From Eledone cirrhosa (lineage: Eukaryota): a stretch of DNA of 64,000 nucleotides. This document shows, in pieces, positions 13,465 through 28,604 of this stretch (positions within the stretch are counted from its first letter, which is position 1; every line of letters begins with the position of its first letter). The notes under the pieces were generated by a model. That model ran no database searches. It was not told the origin of the DNA and saw only the letters and a list, made by a program, of their open reading frames with translations. Location: NCBI GenBank assembly GCA_964016885.1, contig OZ024743.1:36208001-36272000 (forward strand). The letters run 5' to 3'. A program made the position numbers and the translations under genes.

Positions 13465-13642
13465 TGGTTATACAACAGTTAGTTCACCATACTGAGAACA
13501 ATTGTTTCACCTTAGCGCATCTTCAGCGGATCTTCAGCTCCGAGCTCAAGATCCGCCAAGGTGAAACGATTGTTCTCGGTATGGTGAACTAACTGTTGTA
13601 TAACCACTTCTACCAAACTCGTCCCATGGACTGGGTGCTCTA
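13462..13642 (+). mobile_element. Fold-back element family P2
   Basis: Arms from 13462 and ending 13609; GAAAC-GATT-GTT next to the central hairpin; related piece at 39255-39359. Confidence 0.8.
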
Positions 13643-13686
<44 letters not shown>

Positions 13687-13764
13687 CCATCTATCTACCA
13701 ACCTAGATACCTACCTAGCTAGTTAGCTACCTACCTTCCTACCTACCCATCTATGTATCTACCC

Positions 13765-13834
<70 letters not shown>

Positions 13835-14133
13835 TTCTCTGTTTCTCTGTCTGACTGTCTGACCGTCTGTCTGTCTCATTTCAACCACCGTCAATGTCAC
13901 CATTATCTTCACCCCCTTACCACCACGGCTGCACTCTATTTCACTTTAGTTATTCCAGACATCTCGATCATGTTTACTATGCATAAATTATCTTTTATAA
14001 GTTGCATATGTGTGTGTATGTGTATGTGTATGTGTGTGTGTATGAGTGTGTGTGTGTGTATGAGTGTGTGTGTGTGTGTATGAGTGTGTGTGTATGTGTG
14101 TGTGTGTATGTGTGTGTATGTGTGTGTGTATAA

Positions 14134-14165
<32 letters not shown>

Positions 14166-14325
14166 ACTAGTGCGATAGCATATTTGTTTTGTTTTATAGG
14201 TGTTTGACAATATCTTTCTTTCTGTTACTCGTTTGTTTTATTTTTTATTATAAGAGATATTATATTCTTTTCCCAGGCTTTCATGCTTTCCCAGCTCTAT
14301 GTGATCATTTAAATTGATTAAATAA

Positions 14326-14480
<155 letters not shown>

Positions 14481-14581
14481 TAAAATAACAGATTAAAGTT
14501 TAAGCAAAGAATCGCTGTTTTCACCCTTAACGGATCTTCTGAAACTAAAAAAAATCAATCTGTGAACGCAGAAGTAAATAT

Positions 14582-14625
<44 letters not shown>

Positions 14626-14631
14626 TCACAC

Positions 14632-14752
<121 letters not shown>

Positions 14753-14829
14753 AGGTAAATTATTTATATTTGATTGATTCTGATGAGCTGTTCTTGCAGA
14801 AATGGAGTTTTGTTCTTTTACGTGCATTG

Positions 14830-14976
14830 CTTTGCAGCAAAGAGTTACGGCCTTTTATGGTCTGAGTTCAAATCCTGCCGAGGTTAAGTTTGCCTATCAT
14901 CCTTACGGGGTCGATAAAATAAAGTACCAGTAATACACTGGGATAATTGGTGGCCTTGTGCCAAAAGTAGAAACAA

Positions 14977-14977
<1 letters not shown>
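14830..14977 (+). mobile_element. SINE family A, 5'-truncated
   Basis: Identity to 12710-12850. Confidence 0.85.
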
Positions 14978-15069
<92 letters not shown>

Positions 15070-15999
15070 TATACATAGTTATATATATAGTTATTCAGAG
15101 TTTCATACCCGGATGTATTCAAGCAATCATAGGATGATACAATACTCTACTCATGCAAGGCAGATGGAATGTAAATGAACTACATCATTTCATGCAGAAG
15201 TTATTGCAATTCTCACACTATCTTCTATGTTGTCCTACAATTGATATAGTTCTAGTTATGTGTGGATGTGGATTGTTCCATTTGAGATAGCAATGAATTA
15301 CCTATGAACTATGCGCAGCTGTAGAATCAATATAGTACCTGCAGTTAACTTAAGAGCTAGGTGTGCTATGGGGGTGAATTCCATGTGATGTAAGAATGCA
15401 AAAAAAGAATAAGAGATAAAAATATATCTATAATAAGAAATACGAGTTTCTCTACGTGCATCCGACTTTAGCAAATATATGTATAGCACTTAAGTCTTAA
15501 AGAAAATAACCCGCAAATCAAATATGTCGTAAGTTGGCATCGTTCTCCCGTCACGGAAGTTTCAATCCTGTCTCTGCTTGTTTCTGGTTTATGATTCTTC
15601 TTTGCTCAATTAAATTGTAGAGGGTCACCATATAGAGAATAAACGTTATTCTATTGAAAACAATAAACCACAGGGTGGAATATATCGGTAGGGGTTATAA
15701 TTTATATCTACAAAATATAGCTTCCCATTTCATGTATTATTGCATACATTACGAGATTTGCGCGAGCATACACACACACACGCGCATCCACAAAGCTGGT
15801 AAGAAATGAAATGATGGCGAGAAAAAAGGATGAGGCTGATAAAGTATATGTGTGTGTGTGTGTATGTGTATATATATATATATATATATGCGTGTGTGTG
15901 AGTTTGTGTATATATGAGGTTGTTTGATGGTAAAATGGGTGTATTTGAACGGAAAGCAGTGTGAATAACCAATTATTAAACGTTTCTTATGCAAATGAG

Positions 16000-16150
16000 A
16001 ATAATTGTTTCTACTTTTGGCACAAGGCCAGCAATTATCTCAGTGTATTACTGGTACTTTATTTTATCGACCCCGTAAGGATGAAAGACAAAGTTAACCT
16101 CGGCGGGACGTAACTGTGCTGCAAAGCATGGCGTCCGACCCTCTACCGAG
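16000..16150 (-). mobile_element. SINE family A, internally deleted
   Basis: Reverse complement of family consensus. Confidence 0.85.
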
Positions 16151-16313
16151 TAGGTCAAGTAATAACATGTAGGCTTTGGATGGGTGTGAATTCATTTTTC
16201 TATATAATATGTCAAATAATGAGTTAGACGTTTGTTTGGGCATTGCTTATGGTTAAGATTTAAAAACATTCAACACCGTCAATAGTATATTGTTCCCTTT
16301 AGAAACATCCACC

Positions 16314-16374
<61 letters not shown>

Positions 16375-16486
16375 GAGAGAGAGAGAGAGTGTGTGAGAAA
16401 GAGAGGAGGAACAAAATGCATATATATGATATACATGTATGATATTATACATATGAGTGTGTATTTATGCGTGTGCATATATATGT

Positions 16487-16549
<63 letters not shown>

Positions 16550-17281
16550 CACTACTCCACGCTGAATCAGAATACCGCACTTTATCCCTAGAAAACTAGA
16601 AAACACATACTACATGAAAATCAATTGTATGTGGTCGCTTGCTAGAATTGTTAGAAATAGGAGTCAAATCTCCCTCAAATACAGACCTACTGTCTTAATA
16701 TTTGAAGGATTCTTTAGATAATGTAGTCCAGTTGTTCTTAAAGATTCTGTTTTTCTACCATGTCCCACGATAAGACCATAACAATTAGATGTATCCATAT
16801 TTGGTGTTACAATGTACAGTCTAATGTAAAATCACACATTTGGTGGGGTGTGCGTCACCTTCAGAATCACTGATCTAATCCTAGATATTAGAAAACGTGA
16901 AAAAAACAACAAAAACGAAACGTGATGGTCACGGATGGAATATCTTTGATCATAGACCTGCTCGACTTACAGTAGCACATACAGGCTATTGAGCAATATT
17001 TTATGCTATAGATAAGGTTGTTTAAAGAAAACTGAACAAAAAAAGAAGAAAAAACATTACAAATTCAAAATGGCGGCCTGAATCAGTGCAGATGCCACGT
17101 GACATGATCTTTCCCTCGTGAAATCACATTAACTATTAATGAGCGATATGCAACTACCAGAGAGTAGTGTTTTTACCTTATATGTCAGGGACACGTGAGT
17201 TGGTGATAAATCATGAAGATGGCTGTGACCACAACATGGATGTGTAACTGTGTGTTTGCATATATATATATATATATACAT

Positions 17282-17313
<32 letters not shown>

Positions 17314-17314
17314 G

Positions 17315-17389
<75 letters not shown>

Positions 17390-17499
17390 GTATATATATA
17401 TATATATATGTATATTATCTCTTTAAATGTATGTATGTATATATGTATCTCTCGCTCTCTCTCTTACTCACTCTCTCTCTCCCTCCCTCTCTCTCTCTC

Positions 17500-17535
<36 letters not shown>

Positions 17536-17746
17536 TATGCGCGTAAACACACACACAAATATATATGTATGTGTGAGGGCGAACGTGTAAGCATGTGTCT
17601 GTGCATCTATGCGTGCATTTCTAAATGAAGGTGTGTGGAGATCTTCGTCTCTGTGTATGTGTGTTTGCCCGACTATGCAAGTGTTTGCTTTTGCATATGA
17701 ATGCGTGCTTATGTACGTACACACACTCACAGGCAGATACATCTAC

Positions 17747-17805
<59 letters not shown>

Positions 17806-18129
17806 GACAAACACGCATGTATATATATGATATATATATAATATATATATAATATATAATATATATAATATATATATAATATATATAATATCTATTTAGT
17901 ATATTTTACTCAATCTCTGTCTGACTCTCCCTCTCTCTTTCTCTCTCTCTATATATATATGCATGTATGTATATATTGACTTAACTGCATATATACATAT
18001 ATATATACATATATATACATATATACATAATATACGTTCACGCATATATATATACATATATCTATATACATATTTCAGAATATGTTTGTGTATATGTGTA
18101 TGTGTATGCGTGTGTGTGTCTTTGTGTGT

Positions 18130-18210
<81 letters not shown>

Positions 18211-18685
18211 CGCGTGCGTGTGTCTAAGAGTGCCTGGTGTCCCAGAATATGTATTTGTATAAAACCTATATGCATAAAAACATCGGGACATACCGATGAC
18301 TAAATATTGAAAATATAATATAAACAATACAATATAATATAAAATAATATGATACAATACAAAATATGTGCGTGTGTGTAGTTACAAATGATATAAATCT
18401 GATTGTTGGTGCGTATACACAGGTAACATAGAAATAATTGTCATTCATAATAAGCATTAACATTTAAACAGATGTATACGTGTCTTTGATGTTTGAGTGT
18501 GTGTGCGGAGATAGGCGCCGAAATAATTGGATAGGCAGATAGCTAACTTGATAGATAAATAGATAAGTTGATAAATAGAATCAAATAGGTATATAGGCAG
18601 AGAGACTTGTAGAGAGATAGATACACTTACATACACACAGATAGATAGACAGATAGATAGGTAGATAGATAGATAGATAGATAGG

Positions 18686-18736
<51 letters not shown>

Positions 18737-18825
18737 TTACATAGATAGGCTTAGATTGATAGATAGATAGATAGATGGATGGATAAATAGATAGATATAT
18801 AGAGATAGATAGATAGATAGATAGG

Positions 18826-18869
<44 letters not shown>

Positions 18870-19628
18870 GATAGATAGATATATAGATAGATATATAGAT
18901 AGATAGATACATAAAAAATGAATACATTAAAATAGATACATAAAAAGAGAGAGGGGCGGAGAACGAGAGAGTAGAGGAGGGAGAGAATGAGGTAAAGAGA
19001 AAGAGGGAATGATATTTTTATAGTGATACTGACATATATAGATTTACATACCATTGTTAGGCGTTTAAATCTGTGATAGGCACCAGTTTGCCAACGTTTG
19101 GTAGTGTGTGATTCAAAGACGGTGGTGCCATAGAAGTGAGCTGTGGGAAGACAGAAAATCCATCTGTAAAGAAGGGCAGTCCGGCAAAATAGAGAGGTTT
19201 TAAGTTGCAGATTTACGAAACTGGTTTCGTCTGGGCAGACAACCAGTAGGCTAGTGGCTGAGTAGTTATTCAAGCGGATGTCACGTGAACACACGTCTCA
19301 TGTTACGTATACGTAATACCGCGTGTTATGTGTTAGCTTGATATGTGTGCAATATATCTTATATGCATGTATGCTTGCATACATGCATCAATCCATCCAT
19401 GCATACAGACATGCATTCATTCTCCATCCATTCCATCCATCAATCCAAACATACATAAGTACACACATAAACATATTGTAATTTAAGGCGTGATATAATG
19501 ACTACTGCATACAAAATATTCTTGATTAATTGATTAATTAAAATTAAGTAGTTGGTGAAAGAAAACGAAGTCTAGTGGTAATTATTAGAAAAATAAGGGA
19601 TGTGATGATTTAAAGAAATTACATACTA

Positions 19629-19862
19629 TTAACCCTTTCGTAACCATATTTCTAATGAAAGATACTGGGTATTATTTTCAAATCATTTAAAAAATTATCA
19701 AGAATTAGAAGGATTTTGTAATATGATTGTGTTTCCATTATTAAACGAATGTAAGAAACAACCTAACTAAGGTTATTTCATATAATTTTGAGAGTATTTT
19801 AAAAGTAACAGCTTTGAATAGTTGTACAAGGAGCGGTTCCAGGGTTTTAGTATCAAACGGGT
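19629..19862 (+). mobile_element. Degenerate piggyBac-type MITE
   Basis: Starts TTAACCCTTT; a related copy lies reversed at 21118-21390. Confidence 0.45.
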
Positions 19863-20207
19863 GAGAAACTTAATTTACATACTTATGAGAAAGTCTGACC
19901 TTTCTTTGCAGGCAAAGGACAACTATAGATAAGTTTAAGTCAATTAGACCTCATCAGCATATTACAGTCTACTGAAGACTGTTTCATCAGTCGATAAAGA
20001 TTTTATACGTATAGAAACAGGATAATATTTTTTCTCCTTCTTAGAGTGAAATTTCATTTAATTAATAGTAAGAATGTTTTTGCCTAAGTCACTGAATATA
20101 TTACCCCGTATCTTGCTAGTTAAATTCTATAGTAAAAAATATAAGATGATGCTTCTAGCTTTCTCATAAATTTTTAATTTCGCTCGTCGGTTCTAATCAT
20201 ACTTTCA

Positions 20208-20300
<93 letters not shown>

Positions 20301-20309
20301 TATATATAC

Positions 20310-20354
<45 letters not shown>

Positions 20355-20363
20355 AATATATAA

Positions 20364-20432
<69 letters not shown>

Positions 20433-20548
20433 CATGTACATATATGTATATATACATCTATATATATATATATATATACATGTATACATACATATATGTA
20501 CATGTATATATCTATATATATATATATATATATATTTATTTATATATT

Positions 20549-20591
<43 letters not shown>

Positions 20592-20825
20592 GTATATATA
20601 TTTATATATATATATATAAATATATTTATATATATTTATATATATTTACATATATATATATATGTATGTATATATATATATATATATATATATTTATTTA
20701 TTAGCTGCCCCTCTCTCTATATATAGACGTTTGTTCACCTCCAAGTTTTCTGTGTCCTTTGTTTGTCTCATGTAATGAAACATACACACACATACAGCCA
20801 CACACACTCACGCAACACTCTTATG

Positions 20826-20890
<65 letters not shown>

Positions 20891-21556
20891 TATATATATA
20901 TATATATACATATACACACACATACTCACACACACGTACACTAACACATTTATATTTATAGAGAGAGAGGGGGGTAGTGATGGGGGTAAAGAGAAAAACT
21001 GAGTGAGAGCAAGAGAGAAGGGGTTTCCAATCATGTGATTGATTGTAGCAGTTCACAACTGATAAATAACTCAATGTTAAAAAGATCATATTCAATAAAT
21101 AGATTTATTCATATTTTATTCCTTTTGATACCAAGCAGCCTGAAAGTAGTCCCTGCTTCTATAATACAAAGCCATTTGTTTTAAAGTGTTTATACCTATC
21201 TTATCTAAAAACTTATAAATTTATGTAAGAACCTTTGTTAAGTTGTTTTCCAAACAGTTGATGAATAATGAGAAGATTAATTATATTATCCCCACCCCGC
21301 AAAAAAAAAAAAAATCATGATTATTTTCCAAATGGCCGGAATATTTTAGACAATGTCTTTCATTAGATATCTGCCAACAAATGGTTTATCAGAGAAGGAA
21401 ATTGTTTCGTTTTTTTTTTATGAAGCTCAGTGAAAGTAGTTTTTGCTATTACAGCCTCGGTTTGACTAATAGCATGTCAAAGAAACTTGGTAAATAGAAA
21501 CCATATTCAACTCTTAGTGAATCCCTTAATGTCAAACATTATGTTATTCAGGAATA

Positions 21557-21745
21557 GGGCGGTGGATTGGCAGTATCGGTAGAGGGTCGGACGCCATGCT
21601 TTCCAGCATAGTTACGTCCCTTTACGATCTGAGTTCAAATCCCGCCGAGGTTGACTTTGCCTTTCATCCTTACGGGGTCGATAAAATAAAGTACCAGTAA
21701 TACACTGGGTAATTGCTGGCCTTGTGCCTAAAGTAGAAACAATTA
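21557..21745 (+). mobile_element. SINE family A, full length
   Basis: Direct repeat ATTATGTTATTCAGGAAT at both ends. Confidence 0.92.
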
Positions 21746-22029
21746 TGTTATTCAGGAATGCATACTGCCTCTACTATGTTTTGGTAAGTCATTGTTTAAT
21801 GGTAAAGGTTTCGCAGGAGATAGCCAGATAATAAAATACTAGATTAACAGTAGAAATGCAGCTAATACTGCATTATTTAAAAACCAAGTAAAGCAGGTTT
21901 AGTCTGATTATTGACTATTGAAAGACATACATGATAAATATATATTATGACACTGGTCCCCTCAAATACCCTACTTTTAAGTAATGGGTCACTCAGTTTG
22001 GAGTTTGGAGAAAGAATTAAAAAAGGATA

Positions 22030-22292
22030 AGCAATGGAGATGTTAAAATTTATACAAAAGTTCTACTAACACTCGACATAAGAAGCTGGCAAAAAATGCA
22101 TTCCCGACCACTTACAAAAAGGTGAAGGAGCTGGCTTTGACTGAGACCAATGTAGTTGGAAAAGAGATAGCAAAGTCCCATAAACTAGATGACCGAACTA
22201 AACCTTTAAGGGTAAAGACCCCGCACTTTTCCCCGAAAGACCACAAGGGAAATTTCCTTAACAAACCGTCGGTTAGATTGATCAACCCCACA
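22030..22292 (+). pseudogene. Penelope-like RT N-terminal fragment
   Basis: KDHKGNFLNKPSVRLINP resembles the PLE 'KDHK..F...P..RLINP' motif; abuts a hammerhead-like P5 piece. Confidence 0.7.
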
Positions 22293-22347
22293 AGGCTTCC
22301 TGGTGATTTCTCCCGAATGAAACAGTTCTAGTCCTGTAGAAGCCATT

Positions 22348-22388
<41 letters not shown>

Positions 22389-22641
22389 TTGCAAGGTTTT
22401 TCTATATGAAATCGTGTGTTGAAACAAACAAATATATATATATATATATATATAGGAATAATAATAAATTTGAAGACTAAAATCCAAAGAGGGCTCGATA
22501 AGGATAAATATATATCAAATATATAAGAACCGTAGAGCAAATATTTATTAAAATAACAGATTAAAGTTTAAGCAAAGATCCCGTTAAGGGTGAAAGCAGC
22601 GATTCTTTGCTTAAACTTTAATCTGTTATATATATATATAT

Positions 22642-22822
22642 AACGAAGGAAGTGTGGTAAGGAACCAGGTGGACCATAACGCAGGGTAGTTTAGTGGGTA
22701 ATAGGTAAAGAGTCAGGATCCCGACGACTGAGCTCCGGCCGTTTCGACAGTAGAGGGTTAGTTCAGATCTAGCTGTCGAAACGACCGGAGCTCAGCCGTC
22801 AGGGTCCTGACTGTTTTCCTGA
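22642..22822 (-). mobile_element. Fold-back element P1 (diverged)
   Basis: Homologous to 7579-7772, with a longer loop. Confidence 0.8.
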
Positions 22823-23044
22823 CATATATGTATTTAAGTGTCTGTGTGTGTATGTATATGTAAATATATAAATATATATATATATGTTAAAGTTCTATTT
22901 AAATTGTTGGGATTCAACAAGCAAATATTTTTATAACTGATATAAAGCACTCAACAAATATTTGGAGTAAAAATACGATATTAAGCAATGGTTGCATTCT
23001 TTAAGGGTATGTCAATATTTATTTATAAAACTGATCTATATTAT

Positions 23045-23107
23045 ATTTTATCTGATGAAAGCACACCATAATTTAACTTGGTCTCCTTGAAATATGTATA
23101 ATGAAAT
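23045..23107 (+). ncRNA. Type-I hammerhead ribozyme motif
   Basis: ATTTTAT-CTGATGA-stem II-GAAAT-ATGT-ATA-ATGAAAT; second copy at 40117-40179. Confidence 0.7.
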
Positions 23108-23184
23108 AAATATGGTTTTATAAATATAGTTTCCATTTGTTAATATCGTATATATATATATATATATATCGTAATATATATATC

Positions 23185-23402
<218 letters not shown>

Positions 23403-23473
23403 AATCAAGGTTTAGCAAATAGACAAAAAGTTTTAAAATAAATTTTAAAAAGTTTACTGTACTTATAATATTT

Positions 23474-23557
23474 ACTCTTACCGCGCGGTTCCAATTCTCA
23501 AAATAAATGGATAATCCATGCGGAACACCATTGAGAAGGAGAATTTCGTCAGAGGGT
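23474..23557 (-). ncRNA. Type-I hammerhead motif (GGAAC variant)
   Basis: ACCCT-CTGACGA-AATTCTC...GAGAATT-GGAAC-CGCGCG-GTA-AGAGT. Confidence 0.6.
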
Positions 23558-23649
23558 TCTTCTCACTCGGAGAATATAAAATTCCCGAGTTCAAATCACG
23601 GACTGGCGCCATACAGAACTGTTCCCGGATGAGAGTGTATGATAAGGAA

Positions 23650-24056
<407 letters not shown>

Positions 24057-24519
24057 GTTTTAATATAGATGAGATTCTACAGGACTTTAATATAGATGAG
24101 ATTCTAGTCCTGTAGAATCTCATCTATATTAAAACTGTTATACTCTGCTATGTATTGAGTACCTTACTTACTGTGGTTACCTCCGATTCAACCCGGAATA
24201 ACGTATATATATATATATATATATATTCACCAATAAAAAGAAACAAAGAAAAACAACAAATCACTGTTATATCTATTGGCATGTGCTCTCTTATAGCCGT
24301 ATCCTCCAGATTACAACCCCAGGCTGTGAGTAGGCCAATTTACCCAGGTCATTGTTGTAACTTTCTACCATCTTTCAAAAAAAAAAAACTAGAATCCTAG
24401 AATCCAATTCCACCCTCGTCTTCATTTTCAAGTAAAACTTGAAGCAATCTATGGTGCCAAAGAGGGAAATATCAGCCCTTAGTCTTTCCAATCTTGTTCA
24501 GAATACACTCTCTTTCATT

Positions 24520-24800
24520 ATACACTCCGAAATCATAGAATTAGATAAAAATCATCTGTACTACACTTATTTGAGGAATGAATGGAATTGATAAAGCAAA
24601 AGCAAAAATAAAGTAGAAAATTAGGGAAGAGTACTACAGAATAGTAAAACTGATATTCAAATTTGAAATCAATGGTAGTGGGTATAAATAGACTAGCCAA
24701 CCCAATTATAAATTATGGTTTCAGTAGAATAAACTGAAAGGTAAGTGAATTGAAGAGCTTAAACATAAAAATAAAATCATACAAGGAGACTATTGTGAGA
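24520..24800 (+). pseudogene. R4/Dong-like LINE RT remnant
   Basis: Decayed 'KIREEYYRIVKLI...INRLANPIINYGF' with stops and frameshifts. Confidence 0.5.
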
Positions 24801-25179
24801 CCACCAATCTAAATCTAATACAATTGGATGTGATTTAAAACAATTAGAAAAATTGTACAAAATAGCATTGGTGTTAGAAAAATACTTAAATGCAAGAAAA
24901 GGGAAAATGATAACTGTAGTATGGAAATATATGAAGTAAAAACAAATAAACAAACAAAAACAAACAAAAACAACTACAAAAGAAAGAACATCTATAAAAC
25001 GTTTCCTCATAAATAGGAATTGGAAATTAATTAAACTGAAGAAAAAAATTTAAAGAAAAAAGAACAAAACAGATAAAAACAACAACAACAAAAGACAAAA
25101 ACTGGAATTATAAGATATATGAAAGAAAGAAGGGAAAATCTGGTCCATTGTAAAAATCCTGCAATATTATAAGAGAAAG

Positions 25180-25367
25180 CAGCCCTGCCAACCTCTAAAA
25201 CGGGGAGTACCATGAAAAAAAGTGCCCTAAAACGGGGAGAAATGAGGCAAAATGGGGAGATTTTACATAATGAAAGATATACCCATTTTCACAAGAGAAG
25301 ACATCTCTTACCCACCCCAAAGTGGGTGGGAGATCTCCCTCTCGGAGAGGGAGAGTTGACAGGTCTG
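25180..25367. mobile_element. MITE with 16-bp TIR and 6-bp TSD (hAT-like)
   Basis: CAGCCCTGCCAACTCT / AGAGTTGACAGGTCTG; AGAAAG on both sides. Confidence 0.7.
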
Positions 25368-25787
25368 AGAAAGTAAACCAGAGTGAAATCCAAAGATGCT
25401 TCAGCTCTAACACTAGTTCTGCATATAACCTCGCCTGATTCTCTGTTTGAAAACCAATAAATATTCTCCTCGATCGTTGGAGCGCATATGTTAAACAGAG
25501 ATTAGCTAGAATTTACTGCACTTTCATTTTTGAGGCGATATGGAAAAAAACCAGAAGCATATCACCCTCCTCCTCGTTCTTTCCTAGATAAATTCCTTGA
25601 GTAAAGAAGCACTTTCTTTTGTGACCCCCCCCCCCCCATCTTTCCTCGCTGTTTCATTTGTTTGGTGTTTACTGATATTTTATTTTTGTTTGCAACGCCA
25701 GCTATAGTTGGTGCTTTTGTTATTGTCATTTAAGTTTGGGTTTTCGCTATTTGTTTCTTTTGATTGTCAAATTGTAACTGTTTCTGT

Positions 25788-26018
25788 TTAACCCTTCAGC
25801 ATTTAAACCGACCATATCTGGCCAGAATTCTCTCACCTCTTTCAGTTCCAACTGGGCACAACTGGTCACTCATACTGATGTTAAGGTATTGTCCTCAAAT
25901 AAATAATAATATCAAAATCTCATAAATCCGATACTGTGTGATATATTATATGAGATTAAAACTTTACCGCAAAAATACAATAGTAAATATAGAGTAATGT
26001 AAATGCTAAAGGGTTAAT
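25788..26018. mobile_element. piggyBac-type MITE
   Basis: TTAA-CCCTTCAGCATTTA ... TAAATGCTAAAGGG-TTAA. Confidence 0.85.
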
Positions 26019-26125
26019 TGTGACTATTTTTGGTTTGGGGTTTTTCAGAAATGGCGGAGGAGCACTGTCACCTTGTTTCTTGGTAACACCCTCCCTATTA
26101 TCCCAGAAGAAATGCCACATTGAAC

Positions 26126-26217
<92 letters not shown>

Positions 26218-26383
26218 AATATAATTTCAGCGAGATCGAATTTCGGCAGTGGTCGAAAACAAAGCGAAACGCAATTTCCGAGTTATGCGGCAAGCGCTCC
26301 ATGGACTAAAAAAGACCAGAGCAATAAACATAGGTTATGGAAGCCAAACAAACTGAGAATGGCGGTCAAGAAGCCATCAGCCA

Positions 26384-26455
<72 letters not shown>

Positions 26456-26569
26456 TTATTTCCGTAGGAAGGGTAAAGGAAAGGCGAGTGCTCTATGTAA
26501 GCTACATAGCTATTTAGTTATGTAATAAACAACATAAGACAGAATAATTGTCTTATGTTGTTTATTGCA

Positions 26570-26636
<67 letters not shown>

Positions 26637-27703
26637 ATAATAATATATAAGATCAAAAGATGGTTAAAAGAGTTCCGTGTATTTTATTATGCGCATTTCA
26701 AAAACAAATATCATCATGCAATAACATTTGCGTTTTCGTCAGATAAAATAGGGAGACATGATATGAAGGTTAAAACACACTTGTGAATAGTGCAGTTTTA
26801 AATCAACATATCAACTGTAGAGTGCTACTTATCCGATATCTGCATTGCTTTATTGTACTACAATAAAAATCACACCTCCTACACATATATATATATATCA
26901 AAATGGATGTTTCATACTCATACAAATTCCTAAGGACGAAAAACTTGCTTTTATTGTGCATTTTGAAAACCATCTTTGCTCAGAATGCACATCACAGTTT
27001 CTTTGTCACTTTTGTCACACTGTGAAAGAATTATAATGTTTAAGAAACAAAGGAAATATTATTCACATATAGCAAAAGCAACTTAAACCTTCATGTTTTA
27101 CTATTTTATGTGAATCGACCTTTATATGTATGTATAGTGCTATCAATTATATATACGAAATCGCATGTGTGTGTATGTGTATGTAGGCATGTATGTATAA
27201 ATGTATGAATGTAGGCATGTATGTATGTATGTATGTATGTATGTATGTATGTATGTATGTATGTATGTATGTATGTATGTATGTGTGTGTGTGTGCGTGT
27301 GTGGAGCTTTTCTATCTTGTATCCGCCATATTTTTATCCCGAATATAACTTTTTCTTTGAGGGCTATTGTTGCATTGAGAAGCGTAGTACTCTCTTAGCA
27401 ACCGAAATCACAAAGAAATTGTGTCCTTCGTTTGTCTATTGTGTTAATTTTGGAGTTATATATATATATATATATATATGTATATGAATGGATGTGTGTG
27501 TGTACGTATATCTATATATATATATATATATACATTCATATATATATATAAAATATTTAGTTTTAAACATTTTCTAACCCAGAAAAAAGAGAAAAAAATA
27601 AAAGAAAAAAAATTATTTTCTGCCTAATAATCGTTTTTTTCTCCCTATTTACATATATATATATATATTCCAACTCATGCGCTCCTTCTCCACATTTTAT
27701 AAT

Positions 27704-27738
<35 letters not shown>

Positions 27739-27769
27739 TGGGTGTGTGTGTACGTATCTCTCCTCCCCC

Positions 27770-27827
<58 letters not shown>

Positions 27828-28074
27828 TTTCAATCGTAACATTCCGTACTGTGATTGGAAAAAAATCACGATGTAGGAAAGCTATCAATTTATGAGAAAT
27901 ATTCTCGGCTTCACACGTCTCCTGTGATGCAGAAAGCTACTAAAATCACGTGATGCATGAACGCTGCAATCTATGACATTGTTCCCTGGTCTCGGTCATA
28001 CTGGAACTAGAAATCCTTCCTTTTCTTCTGCTAATATGAAATATCTACAATTATGTAAGAGATTGTGGAAGGAT

Positions 28075-28150
28075 GTTTATAATTTGTATCTCAGCTTGCA
28101 ATTTATATACCTATATTTTTCTATATAATTCTCTCCATCTCATATATATG

Positions 28151-28244
<94 letters not shown>

Positions 28245-28325
28245 CAAAGAAAGGGGAGAGATGGAGAGAATTATATAGAAAATTGTAGATGTATAAATTG
28301 CAAGCTGAGATACAAATTATAAACA
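28075..28325. repeat. Inverted repeat (~66-bp arms) flanking a TA/TG microsatellite
   Basis: 28075-28141 is approximately the reverse complement of 28258-28325. Confidence 0.85.
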
Positions 28326-28558
28326 CACACACACACACACATATATATATGTGTGTGTATATATGTATGTATATATGTGTATATATATATGAGTTTATGT
28401 ATATATATATATATATATATATATTTATGCAAAGGCAAACAGAAATAACTAAGCAAACGACACACCTTACATATACTTATTTATATGTATCTTAATAAAA
28501 ATAACGTGTGTGTATGTGGTGTACCTGTGGGAAGAGAGAACGGGAAAATATGTGTGTA

Positions 28559-28604
<46 letters not shown>

